From NCBI GenBank assembly GCA_002269645.1, contig NIVC01000056.1, forward strand, positions 372,001 through 436,000: a DNA stretch of 64,000 bases, given 5' to 3'. This stretch comes from Macrostomum lignano. Lineage: Eukaryota. The notes under the pieces were generated by a model that was given only the letters and a program-made list of their open reading frames with translations, searched no databases and was not told the DNA's origin. Of the stretch, positions 27,391-39,757 are shown piece after piece. Within the stretch, counting starts at the first letter, position 1. Every line of letters starts with the position of its first letter. The position numbers and the translations under genes were made by a program.

Positions 27391-27732
27391 AAAACGTACG
27401 AAAGTAGATGGAAAAGTTTTTCGGGGAGAATACTAAATATTTTTGAGAAAAATCCGTATATGTACATTAAACAATGACAATCTCACTATTGGAGGGGGGC
27501 GGTTCACAATTGTCGGAGATCAAAGAGCAGCACTTAAAAACACTAAGAAGATGGCCCACGCCACTTTATGTACAGTCGTATGCTGAGTGTTCAAATTAGA
27601 GTTAGGTTTTACATAATGTGCTCCTTGCGCTCCTTGCTCACCCGAGTCAGGACGCGAGTGTTTCAGCTTCCCGAAATCTGGGGGCGTCAGGACGCTCTCA
27701 CTTAACTGTTGCCCACGTCAGGACGCTGGGGC

Positions 27733-28207
27733 GGGTCGCCATCATAAGCTCGAAAAATCACATCGTCGAAAACAAGGCTCCATCACAAGCTCGAAAAGTC
27801 ACAAGCTCGAAAAATCATATCGTCGAAAACTGATTTAGCAACCACCATCACAATCTTGAAAATATTTAAGCTCGAAAAATCACATCGTCGAAAAGTTTAG
27901 CAAACATCACCAGCTCGAAAAGTCACAAGCTCTAACCCTAACCCTAAGGCACCAGTACCCTAGCCTAACCCTGAACCATAACCCTAACCCCAACCCTAAC
28001 CTAACCCTAAACCCTAACTTAAAGGCACAAGTTCTAACCCCAACCCTCAACTTAACCCTAAGCCCTAATCCTAAGGCACAAGCTGTAACCCTAACCCTAT
28101 TCGAGCTTGTGATAGTGTTTGCTAATCTTTTCGACGATGTGACTTTTCGAGCTTGTGATGGTGGATGCTTTTCGACGATGTGATTTTTCGAGCCTGTGAT
28201 GGGCCCC
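27733..28207. mobile_element. Foldback/MITE element with telomere-like (TAACCC) interior and 9-bp TSD
   Basis: TIR CCATCA.A.GCTCGAAAAATCACATCGTCGAAAA at both ends; flanking direct repeat CGCTGGGGC (27724-32, 28208-16); degenerate CCCTAA repeats at ~27930-28100. Confidence 0.8.
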
Positions 28208-28459
28208 CGCTGGGGCACCAGCCACCTGCACCTAAGCGTCAGGACGCACAGGCTGACACGGCATCTGAAGCGGCATCAGGACACACTCTTAACTGTCCCT
28301 TTGACAACCGAGAGAACAAAGGCAGAGAGCGAAGTCACTACTTGGCGGCAGTAACGGGATGAGCGGGCCAATTATGAATCTTTGTAGGTCTTCCATCTCA
28401 GTACATTTTGGCTTCATATTTTCACTAGTTAACGCAGATCCAGGGTGCGACGAGACTAA

Positions 28460-28980
28460 GGACCACCGACCAGGATGACAGGACGTAAACCTCAAAGATC
28501 GTGTAATTTTTGGAGGCCAATTCCCCCTGGAAAGAAATTGCAATACAAGCCCAAAGTTGTAAATACTCACAACTGGCATTAGCTAAGCTTTTTGTTCTTT
28601 TTTTACATTAATAAAGTCTATCTGTGATAAAAAATATTGAATACATATACTCCTAAGCCATTATGGTAGGTATAATTCCATTTCAATGCATATTAGTTCC
28701 TACAGGCATACCCAGTTGGTGCATACAATTTTGGGCTTATGAAATAAAATAACATGAAAACGAAAATTTCACTACAGAGCTATATAAAATATAAAGGACT
28801 AACATGCTGTCCATGCTAAATTAAAAGAATGGGTAATCTTCGCAGCCCCAGATTAAATAAAATTATGGATTATTTGAACATATATTTTTTTCTTATCTCC
28901 CTTTTGTATTTTTTGTCCTAGAAATTCTCCAAAAATTACACGATCTTTGAAGTTTACGTCCTGTTATACTACAGTGGTCC
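28460..28980. mobile_element. MITE with ~55-bp terminal inverted repeats
   Basis: GGACCAC...ACAGGACGTAAAC.TCAAAGATCGTGTAATTTTTGGAG is inverted at the right end; AT-rich non-coding interior; no clear TSD. Confidence 0.75.
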
Positions 28981-30057
28981 ATGGGCTAAATACTCGCCGC
29001 CCTCCCGCGGCCAGGAGAGAAGGCCATAAGCCTTCCAGCCCACCACCCCACCACAAACCCTCCTGACCGGCCACTACTCCACGCCGGCCAATCACAATGC
29101 GGGGGAGAGAGGGAGGAAACTGAGAAAGCTCCCTGGCTCAACCAATCAGCTCTCAGAGGCAGAACAAGTGCTATCGTTTGATTGAAAGTGATAAAAGTAA
29201 TATAATTAACGTTAATAGCCAATTTCTATTTAAGCAATCGCTTTACCACGATAACCAATATTTACATGTATGTTCCTTTTCGACTTGTAGCTGTAACACT
29301 TACCTGTCTTAGCTTGACTTCTTGAGCCTAAATTTGAACTTTAAAACATTATGTCAGGAGAGGCAAACACTCCGTTAGATAGTGCTCACATTAGTTATCT
29401 AAACAGTGAGGTGCATTCTCTAAAATTTTCGTAGGTTTCCCGAAAAAAAATGTCAGTTAGATAATGCGTTAAGCGCTCAGTGGATACACCCCCTCCCCAA
29501 GTCCCAACCCATAAATCAACTCATGCAACTGAACGGGTGTGCATTTCACAACCCACGCTCACACCATTCAGAAGGCCTCCACACGGACAGAGAGTTAAAA
29601 GCAGCAACAGTCGCTACGGCTGTCCAAGCCTCACTATTGCCCCTAGCAACGCAACGGGAAAAACAAAATTCTAATGACGGATGTCTCCTCTCTACCCCAA
29701 TCCTCTTTCTTCCTTAATGCAAGGCCGGACGCACAGAATCTCAATAACAAGATCCCCCTCTGAGGCCGGGCATCCGCTATTCTACACTGTCTCCCTTTCT
29801 GCTTTTCAACAATCGCCAATAAGCCGCGACTGTAACCAACAGAGCGCATCGGCAAAGTCAGACCACCCCATCATTCCCGTGGCCTATGAGGCGGCGCCAC
29901 TCTACAGAGTTAAAAAGCCGCCTACTGGCAAATTTTCGAGACTTTGCTTCTCAGTCCGGCGGTAACGCAACTTCCTGCCTGCCTGCCATTGTTCCAATCT
30001 CCGACTTTACGGCTACTCTGGAATTTCTTGATTCAATTTCTTGAAGCTAATCAGGCA

Positions 30058-33000
30058 ATGTCGCAGCCAGGGGCATTACTGCTGCTGCTGCTTCTCGCCT
30101 CGGCCTCGGTTGTCTCGGTGGCTGAAGGTAGTTGCAGTCAGACCGTCTGTCCTAGCAACACTGACTTGTGCCACCGGTTCCACCTGGTCTCCACGACACC
30201 TGCCGCCTGTAGCACGCCGCCTACAGCTTGCCAGTTCCTCAACCTGACCACGCTCCAGATTCTTCGAAGCCACATCAACGAGCTAATGACGTCCGAAAGC
30301 GGGTTGGTGACTTCCACTCACTGCTCTTAGAGTCTAGACTAGAAGATGATAGAGTATCGATAAATGTCAAAAGATCTTTCTTTTTTGTTTTCAGATCTTT
30401 CTGGGTCGGAGCCACGTCCGCACCGAGCCCTGCGACACTCGGCGCCTGCTGGTCGCACAGCCTGAGCCAAGTGGCTTCGATTCCAGTCACTGGCGGCGCT
30501 ACCGGCATGCTTGTGACGGTGAAGCGGGGCGCAAGCGGAGAAGTGACGTACTCGTTCGCCAATCACGGCGATTCCAACAATGCGATCTGCGAAGTCCCCA
30601 TCGCGAATAGCGACGCTATTACCACTGGCGACAGTAAGTCTGTCTGGCTTTACTGAACAGTTTTTTTACAAAACCCTTCCATTTAACAAATCAGAGTCCG
30701 AGGTTTCTGAATTTTAACATAATTCGTTTAGAGGGTTTAAAAGCTATCAGGCTTCTTTTACAGTTGTATTCACTAGCAAACTGATTCAAAGACTCAATCT
30801 TAAATCAAAACAGTCATCGTATGTGGATTTTGTTCACAATCATAAGAATTAAGCAATCTTCCGATTACATTAACCTAAGCTAGTACTATTGACAATAGTT
30901 TCAGTACAAACGTTGCAACTATTTTTTCTTTTAAAATATACATGCTCAAAAAGAAAGTTATTTTTAATAAATTTTAGAGCTCTGCTACCCGGAAGTCAAC
31001 AAGTGCTTCTTCCCAAATGTGACCGCCGCTCCCATGAGCACGCACTTCACCAACTGTGGAGGAATCGCCATGGCGAAGGTCGCCACCGCAGCCAACGCTA
31101 CGGAGGAAGCAGCGCTGCTGTGAGCTCATCTGATGTGTTGACTGCTTTGTCTAGAATCCTTCGTGGAAGGTGGTTGCGAATTTAAACTTTAGACAGCAGT
31201 TTATTCCTGAGTCCCGGGGCAACTCCGCAGTTTGAAAACAAGTTGCTGCACAGTTAGCCATCGAAAACCTTTGCTTAAAGTAATCCCGAATATTGGGGGG
31301 CTGTGGCCCAGCAGTAGCGCAGCTGCTCTGGTGTGCCAGCGACCCAGGCTCGATTCCAAGTGATGTCACATTAATGTGGGGCTGAATTGGAATCTCGGCT
31401 TGGCTCTGCTCGTGCAATTAACGGCCTTGAGAGCCAACCCCCCAAGGCGCAGTGAAGTGTACATGCCTAACGATAATATAAAGTTAGGGCCGCTGTACAC
31501 TCCTGTGTGATTGTGTGCCTGCGTACGTATCCGCGCGCTTGTATGACTGCTCAGGAGAGTCGGTGGAATGGGCAGTAATGCCTCTCGCCGGTTGTGTGCC
31601 TATGTCGATTAAAGTGCGCCAGGGTGCACACAACCCCCCTGCCTCTAACAATAAAAAAATCCTGAATATTGCACCGCCTAGTCTTCCTGGATATTGCGCT
31701 GGGACCAAGAGGTACCTCCATTCCAAAAAAATGAATCCGTAACTTTTCCGCTATGCTACTTCTACTACGTATGTTATATGTTACATGTATATGTACGTAG
31801 TATGTTCTACTACGTATGTTAACTTTCTACGGCCACTTTGCACCCTTTACTCAATCGCAGAGACTATTTTAACTACCTGCCAAAGTCCGACACCACCAAT
31901 TACTTTATCAACGCGGCCGTCTGTTCTCTGCCTTACACCTTCAACTCGACTGGAGAAGTACTTCCCATGACGGAGTCTTGGAGTTACGCTTCAACAACGA
32001 AAATCAGAGACTTGAGTCAGATCGCCTGCGCCATGATCAACGCTAGTAATGCCTTGAACTGGGAGCAGTGCCCCGCCAGCCCAACAAGCTACATCTGCTA
32101 CGAAGAAATCCGTGAGTGACGCCAGTCTTGAAACTGACTACACGTTTTTACTTCCCCAGTAACTGATAAAACTGAACTCGGTGCAATTTCAGCTCCAGCC
32201 GTGAGCGACCAGATATGTCAGAACGGCTACTGCCACAGCTTCTGGCCCATGGCTCCAAGTCCAGGCATCTCGTACGAAAAGGCCAAGCAGAAGTGCAACT
32301 CGTCAATGCCGATGCGAAACGGCTTGTTGGAGCTGCTGGGCGAGAGCTCGCTGCTTCCGTTCCGAGTTGTGAACGCCTCAAGGTGAGTACAGGCGTTATT
32401 TAAATGCCTCCATGGATAGAAAGTTCCATGGATATTTTATTATAAGTTCACTCTCATTTCAGCACGTCAAAGTATTTCACTGGAATTAAGAAGTCAGCTT
32501 TGAGCGCTCGACAGTTCATGTGGAATGCAAGCACATTTTCGAGTTTAAGTGTTTCTAGCGGAGCTTCTGATGACGCCGAACACTGCATAATTGCCACAAA
32601 ATCAGCATCTGCATTATCATACAGCGTCGCTGACTGCAATGTCCAACAATCCACTAAAGTAGCATGTGGAAGCCCCGCGACTTTCGAAGCAGCGACTGTA
32701 GCCGGCAGGACATTCAAGGAAGCTGCAGCTGTGTGCAAAGGTGTTTCGAAAGAGCTACCATTCAATGAAACAGATGTTACGAATGTGCTTACTAGTGACG
32801 GCTCCATCTGGGTGAACGCATTCGAGTACCAGCCTTGGAACTGGTCGGACGGACAGTCCATATTCAATGAGAAAAGTCCGATCGGCGACGCTCTCGCAGT
32901 ACAACTGCTTCAATCACCGAACGTGACCTATAACCAAGAGCAATGCGCATATATTCAAGTGGACTCGACGAACAATGTAGCTACTCTATCTCTGGTTGTC

Positions 33001-35112
33001 GATGGCTGCAACATGAATGAATCAGTAGTCTGTCAATTCAGTAAGTACCTGATGACCATGCTTTTGCAAAAGTGATTGTATCAGTAAATTTACACTGTTT
33101 TCTGAATTACTTTGCAGACTCTACAAAGTGCAGCGGAGTTCCGAGATACGATTACGGCTACATCAGTGGTACAGTGAGCAACAACCAGACTGATTCCTCA
33201 TTCAGCGTCGACGTTCTGAACGGAAGCTGCCCGATGGATTTGGGCACGGAGTTCGCCACACAGTCGGCCGTATTCTTTTCTTGCATCAACTACAACACTA
33301 CATACGTGGGAAACGAGACTACTATGGTGCAGTCGCAGTGCTCTATGAGCGGTCACGGACCTGATTGGTCTCCAATAATGAACTCGAACCTGTGCGTGAG
33401 CAACTTCTGTGACACGAGACAAGTAGTGGATTACTCATATCCGAACAACATTGTTTACCTGAACGCTTCTGCTGCGGATGGTTCTTCTCTCGGCAACGAT
33501 AAGCCGTACATCGAGAACGGCACAAAGATGACTCTATCCTGCAAGCCTGGAGCAAGGCTGGTCAAAGTCGATGACAACTTTGAAAAGGGCAACGCCATCT
33601 CCAACGAAGTCACGTGTCTTCAGTCGAGCTGGACTTACTCGGTTGCAAGCTTTTCCAACAGCACCACTATTCAGGTGTGCGACAAGACGACATCCGACAC
33701 TAAGCTGCTCAAATGTGAGCCAATCAGGTGCAACACGAGCGACTTCAAGTACCTGAAGTCGATTGACGATCGCATCGGAAAGCTTTTCCTAGACCAGAAC
33801 GAAATGCTGACGGTAAATTGTACAACAAACGCTAGTGCAGTGTTCAACCTCCACCCCAGCCTAAACATTAAGTGCATTCTCACCGGAGACTACACCTATG
33901 GCTACGCCATTTCCAATGTGTTTATGGGCACAAATGTAACCCAAATTTGGGACAACAGCAACATCACTCTACTCGACGAGACCATTGATGCTGTGTGTCG
34001 GTCCACTGAATTTCTGGCTTGTCCGCGAAACCACACTTGGTTGTCTGAATCGGCTCTCGAGATCACGTCTCTGAGCACAAGCTGGCCTGGGTACACTTCG
34101 AGCAGCTCAGCTTTTCCTCCGAACTCTACCTTGACACTTCGCTGCATCGAGCCGCGAGTCAGCGATCGCCTGTGGACAAGCATTGGAGAAACGAGCACGA
34201 TGTGGTGTCCAATGACCAAAGCCGACGCGAGTCTTCAATGGGAAGGTCCGAGCCTCAGTTGCAACTATGAGACTTGTCCATCGCCAGAAAGCCTCTTCCC
34301 ACCAATGTCGATGGCTACGGGGTTAAAGAGCAACCTCTCAGACGCATGGATCGCCTACTACAACTCAAGCAAATTCCCGCCTGCCAGCCAGATCTTGATT
34401 AACTGCTCGCTCGACGTGAGCGTCTTCCAAATCCTCTACTGCAACGACAGCGGCCAGTGGGTGCCTGTTCAGTACAGCTACGTGAACGACACTCTGGATC
34501 TCTGCATCGGGTCTTACATCAACTGTTCGATGGCTACGACTCCGACTCCAGTGCCGACAACGACGCTTGTAGTTGAGACCACGACTGAAACACCAACGGA
34601 AACCACCGAGGATACAACCACGGTTACGTCGAATGCGACCACAGTAACAGTAGATATAACCAGCTCGACAACGCCCGTCACGACAACATCGACAACAGAA
34701 TCTACCACAAGTACATCTACTTCGACAACTGCCACAAACTCTGCCGCTACTACTGAAACCACTACTACTACTGAAACCACTGCCTCAACAACCGAAACTA
34801 CTGCTGCTGCGGCTGGACCCACAACCTCAACAACCGAAACTGCTGCTTCTGAAGGCACTACCACAACAACCGAAACTACTGCTGCTGCTGCTGGAGGCAC
34901 TACCATAACAACCGAAACTACTGCTGCTGCTGCTGGAGGCACTGCCACAACAACCGAAACTACTACTGCTGCTGCTGGAGGCACTGCCACAACAACCGAA
35001 ACTACTGCTGCTGCTGCTGCTGGAGGCACTACCATAACAACCGAAACTACTACTGCTGCTGGCGGAACCACCACCACTACAGCCGGCGCTTCAACTGGAA
35101 CTACTACTACCT
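30058..35112 (+). CDS. Secreted/cell-surface glycoprotein, copy 2 (tandem paralogue, longer Thr/Ala/Gly stalk)
   Basis: Exons 30058-30302, 30395-30633, 30978-31119, 31861-32111, 32193-32382, 32463-33040 and 33118-35112 (~1213 aa). Exons 1-6 are identical in length to copy 1. A possible next exon lies near 35165-35210. Confidence 0.8.
31295..31360 (+). mobile_element. Degenerate tRNA-like SINE head of a second family (intron 3 of copy 2)
   Basis: Box A-like TGGCCCAGCAG and box B-like GGCTCGATTCC; no counterpart in the copy 1 intron. Confidence 0.3.
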
Positions 35113-36129
35113 GTAAGTTATTTCTTTCTCTATAAAATTTTGCTTCCATTTCTGACCGTCAGAGTGTACATTGCTGAAGAGGATGACGACTACTCGGCCG
35201 TAAAATTGAGGTAAGTTTGGGTTCTTTTCATGATTTTGGACAAATTTCAATATTGCGAGTTTTACACATCGATTTCGGGTAAAATAGGTAAGCTTGCTCC
35301 TTAAAAGTCTGTTCGATTTTTCTGCGGTAATTGAATGATGTTATTTTTCGAATTTATGTTCAGAAGTGACAGTCCTTAATCTATAAATTATTTTCTGAGA
35401 TAGTTTACCCATCTTTGATTCTTTTCATTTATGGACACCTGAACATATTTGCTCGCTTATTTGTAGCATTTCATTTTGCTTTTTCAGCTTTGAAACTTGT
35501 AAAGCTTGTAAAACTAATTATACCGTAAATTTTGTGCCAATAAATTTGTCATTTGCTGACTAAATTTCTTGAAAAAATGGCATTTTTACGTTCGTAAATA
35601 CTTGAAATTCTACGATCTTTTGTAGATCGAACACTAACGAGCTGATACTGATATTCGGTTAATAATCAATTATTGGTAGTGTAATGTGTAGAGACTTGTT
35701 GATCGTCATTTTTAAAAAAATAAAAACCGTACTGAGTAAATAAACCTTTTTTGGTACTTTTATGGTACTTCATGTCAATATTGATAATTAAAAGTGTAAA
35801 GTCCGGCGCGGTGATTCGAGTTGTTTCTTGCAGCTTTGGACACACATACATGCATGTTGCTCATAATCAACTTGGCTTGTCAGCATCATAGTGGATAGTA
35901 CTTTTTGCTTGCAATAACATTCAGAAATACCAATTAGTCAGCTGAAGACGGTTGGAACATATCAGCAACTGCTCGGTGAAAAATGAGTAAAATTTGAAAA
36001 TACGCTCGAAGAAATAATTTTCTCATTCCAAGTCTTAAATTACAATTTACAATTAAATTACAATTGACAATACTCCTGAAAACTGTTTTTGGGTAGTCGT
36101 TATTATACGCTTATGTATGCGTATGCCGC

Positions 36130-36400
36130 AGCTCGCGGCATCCTGAGGTCCGACTTCCCTGCCTGGCCTACGCTGACGACATGCCCTTGTCTGCAAAAAA
36201 GAGTCGGCACAGAGAGCAACAAAGCGTCTCTTCAAATAGGAAGCCCACGTAGGTCTGCAGATCAGCGCCAAGAAGACCGAGATGCTTCCTGTGGGCACCG
36301 AGACTGCCCCGCCTCTGACGCTGCCCGATGGGGAGACAATTAATAGCCGTCTATCAGGGCTTTAAATACCCTCGGCATCCGGGTCATGGGACCCAATGTC
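36130..36400 (+). mobile_element. Non-LTR retrotransposon reverse transcriptase fragment
   Basis: LAYADD at 36163-36180, then frameshifted GLQISAKKTEML and FKY(L)G-like segments (RT domains 5-7). Confidence 0.8.
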
Positions 36401-36542
36401 ATCATTCAAGATCGGTTGCAGCAGGCTTGACAACAACAAATTTTTTGTTCCACGTTTCTTTAAGAGAAAGGGCCTGTCAATTTATGCTCATAAAGTGAAG
36501 CCCGAGTAACCTATGTACACAAATGATATGTCATTCTGCTCA

Positions 36543-36754
36543 CAGTGACACCAGGAAGCTGGATTCGTCAAAAAAATACAAAAATTTGACCTGGGATAGG
36601 AGAGAACAAGCAAGGGGATAATTAGGGACTCCAACTTACAAGCTGAAGTTTACATACGAGCGTAGTAGTCCCTAATTATCCCCTTGCTTGTTCTCTCATA
36701 TCCCAAGTCCAATTTTGGTCACTTTTTTGCAAATCCAATTTCCTAGTGTCACTG
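36543..36754. mobile_element. Foldback MITE with 88-bp arms
   Basis: Arms 36543-36630 and 36667-36754 are inverted (CAGTGACAC...GAGAGAACAAGCAAGGGGATAATTAGGGACT); no TSD found. Confidence 0.75.
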
Positions 36755-38338
36755 TCACTGTCACTGAATGACCTATCATTTGTGTACAAAGGTTACTCGG
36801 GCTCCACTATGAGCATAAGTTGACAGGCCCTCTGCGCACATTGTACTTTTTGGCATGGAAGATAAATTTATAACCTTCACTTTAACACCCAGTTCGGGGT
36901 TCTTGGCATTCTCAGTAGTCATTTTCAAGTTATTCTCCTTATCTGATACATTGTTTTCCTGTACGGTGTGAAACTCAAAAGACCCCATGACCATCGTAGA
37001 TTCATGTATCTATCAAGCAGAGAGCGGCTACAAGGCAGAAATGAAAAACAGGCAAGAACTCCCATGAATTTTTTGCCAAGCTCTCATCCCGCCCGCTTCT
37101 AGTTTGCTTGGTTGTCATGGCGATGGACGGGTAAACACCCGCTTTGGGTAGGAAAAGATGCGGGAAGGATGCCTTGCACCACCCCCCCCCCATTTTTATT
37201 CTGTAGTTCCGGCTCCATCTGCTGTACAGCGCTTTTAGTAACCATGTGCAGTGTTACAGGCTGATGGCGGCTACAGAATGCAACTGCAGCGGAGAGACTT
37301 TGCTGAGGAGACAAATGGAGGCGCTGGGGAGAGAGGTGGCCGCAATGGGAAGAACAGCTTTGCAGGGGAAGAGAAGCCAGCTGCCTCTCTGTCTCGCAGC
37401 GCTGTTCGTCAGACCAAGCCCAGAGAGTAGAGCCTAGGACTCTGGTGTTTGAATGCATTTGCTAGAAATAATGAAACAAGACGGTAAAGTGAGCTGTACG
37501 GAGCCGGATATCGACCGGTAGGCAGCATCCGCAAAGCCTCTGGCAGAACGTAGGGGGGTGGCAGCGGTTTGCAACTGTTCAAAATTTCATCCCATTCTTT
37601 GCATTGTGTCTGCAGCGACTTCAATATGCATGCAGTAGGAGAGCCAGTGTCTCTTTCAATGCGACTGCCTCAATGCTGTGTGTTGCTATGGGCAGCCGGC
37701 TCGGATTTTTTGGGAAAAAATATCCAGCACTGTCAATTTTTTATGCGCCCACGGAAAAAGAGCTTATCCGGCATGCTTTTCAGCTTTTCAAGGTTCTGTT
37801 TAACCGTGAAGCATTGTAAAAATCCTGACTCCTCCAAGTTGATGTCTGTCATTCAGTCGGGCCAATTTACACGAAATAGCGTTCGAGCTGTGCATACCGA
37901 TTGTGCAAGCTGACATTCGCATCTTACTATGGAAATTGTTGACTTGGTTTCAGCTTTGCCTATCGTGTCTAATTAATTCTGTACAGGTCTAGATACTACG
38001 TAGGTTTACTAATTGTAGCCTGGCTTTAAGCTCCAACCGTGTCAGCAGTTTGTTCTGCTTCTGTTTTCTCGGCTTCGTCGCAAGTAGGCATGCCTGCAGT
38101 CTGGCTCTAATTTAGTAGCAAACTCTGACTTCACGCGCCCCCTCTCCTTCCCCTCTCTAGGGTTTTAATGTAAATAATTGATTCACCCATGCAGAGTCCT
38201 TAGCTAAAACGACGAGTATTTTTAACTCGTACTCAGCCGTGAGATGTTTCTCTTAGAGCTTTTCTGGAACCCGTAACACAGAATGACGGGATCCTTCACA
38301 TGGAAACAGTCTGAGCGTAATTACAAAAAGTGTATCTA

Positions 38339-39003
38339 CGAGGGGCATTCAAAAAGTTTTGGCAACTGCATATGCAGATATACTTTGGCTCAAGCAAAAC
38401 ACACTATATATTTTAGGAATATTTTTAGTAACATGCCTGAGACCACCATATAAATTTTCAGCTCAATAGCTTCACCCATTATTGCACAATTCACACCTAA
38501 CCATACGAGCGTACCTACGTTTCAGCTTCTGACAAAATATGGAAAATATCAGCTCAGAAAACACGCGCTTCTTCATCTTCATACGCGCACAACTTGGAGA
38601 AAATGCCACCAAAATCCATGCCGACTTAGCACAGGTGATAGGGGATCAAGCTCCATCTTATCGCACCGTTGCGCGATGGATTGAGGCTTTTGGCGCCGGT
38701 AGGAGCAGCCTCTGTGACGACCCTCGATCTGGGAGGCTGGCTGGGCGCCAATTTCAAAGGCCGCAAGACCTGGTGCGCGCTATCAATTCAGAGTTGAGGG
38801 CATTCACTGAATCGGAGTACCGCGACGCCTTTGATTCGTGGCTACGGAGGCATCAGAAGTGCACAGAGCGGAGACTAATGACCTTCCCTTTAGAACCTTA
38901 CTTCTGTAAGGTTTACAGAAGGACTGTAAGCCCTTACTTTTAGAATAATGAGCTTGCACTAGATTTCAGTAGCCTGTTGCCAAAATTTTTTGAATAGCCC
39001 TCG
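38339..39003 (+). mobile_element. Internally deleted mariner transposon
   Basis: TA|CGAGGGGCATTCAAAAAGTTTTGGCAAC ... GTTGCCAAAATTTTTTGAATAGCCCTCG|TA. ORF 38539-38943 joins the mariner N-terminal HTH (APSYRTVARW...F..GRSSLCDDPRSGR) to the C-terminal tail (LAGRQF...DLVRAI...AFDSWLRRHQKC); the catalytic DDD core is missing. Confidence 0.92.
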
Positions 39004-39538
39004 TAATTTAAGCTGCCACCTGTTCGTGACAGATGAGCCACTGCCAGAATTTGCTTGAAGTAGCTTTCTCTGGTCTTCAATTCTGTTCAGTTGTCTGGCT
39101 AACTAAAAGTACAATTGGCAATTTTTTTTCGATAAAAATATGTTTAATCGAATTTGAAGCTGATACGCCTTCTCAATGCCAACTAGTTGAAGTAGTATTG
39201 AAGGAATATCTTGACTGAAAAAATATTACTTCAGAATTTGGAATCCCGAGAGAAAAACATGTATTAGCTCGTAACAATAGCAAAACCGTTTTTATAGAGT
39301 TCTGAATAGGAGAAAATCAATAACACAATACATGTACACAGAGGCGGATTTAAAAATATAAAATACGAGCGTAAGGAGGGGGGTTAACCATTAGAGTGGG
39401 GGCGCCATAATACACTAGAGGGGTGGCCACACTGAGCAATCTGATGGCGGTGAGGCTCTTTTATAGGGCAAAGGAAAAGGGACGCCATCATAACCAGCCA
39501 CAAGGGGCGGCCGCCCTCCCCTCGGCCGAACACCTAAC

Positions 39539-39633
39539 GGCCCGCCGCTAGCGGAGTCCATCCCACGCTAAAAATAGCCCGTTAACAGGACCCAGCCCAC
39601 GGTGGGATGGACTCCCTTAGCGGGGGCCAGCCC
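39539..39633 (+). mobile_element. ~95-bp palindromic element (left copy of an inverted pair)
   Basis: Internal stem GCGGAGTCCATCCCAC / GTGGGATGGACTCC; a reverse-complement copy lies at 41461-41550. Confidence 0.6.
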
Positions 39634-39757
39634 GCCAGGGGTGAGTGTGGAACGCTAGTGAGCACTAGCGTACTAGCACTGCAAGGACTTCTAGACTAAC
39701 AGGACGCACCACTCCAAATTTGTGCAAAAAGTTTAGAAGGCCAGTTTTTCTGATTCC

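Noticed and set aside
27930-28100. True telomere or chromosome-fusion site
   Set aside because: The repeats are short, degenerate, and enclosed by MITE TIRs with a TSD.
33041-33117. Apparent frameshift splitting copy 2 into two ORFs (32500-33075, 33072-35135)
   Set aside because: It lies in a 77-bp GT-AG intron. The 78-bp version in copy 1 merely reads through in frame, and splicing restores both copies.
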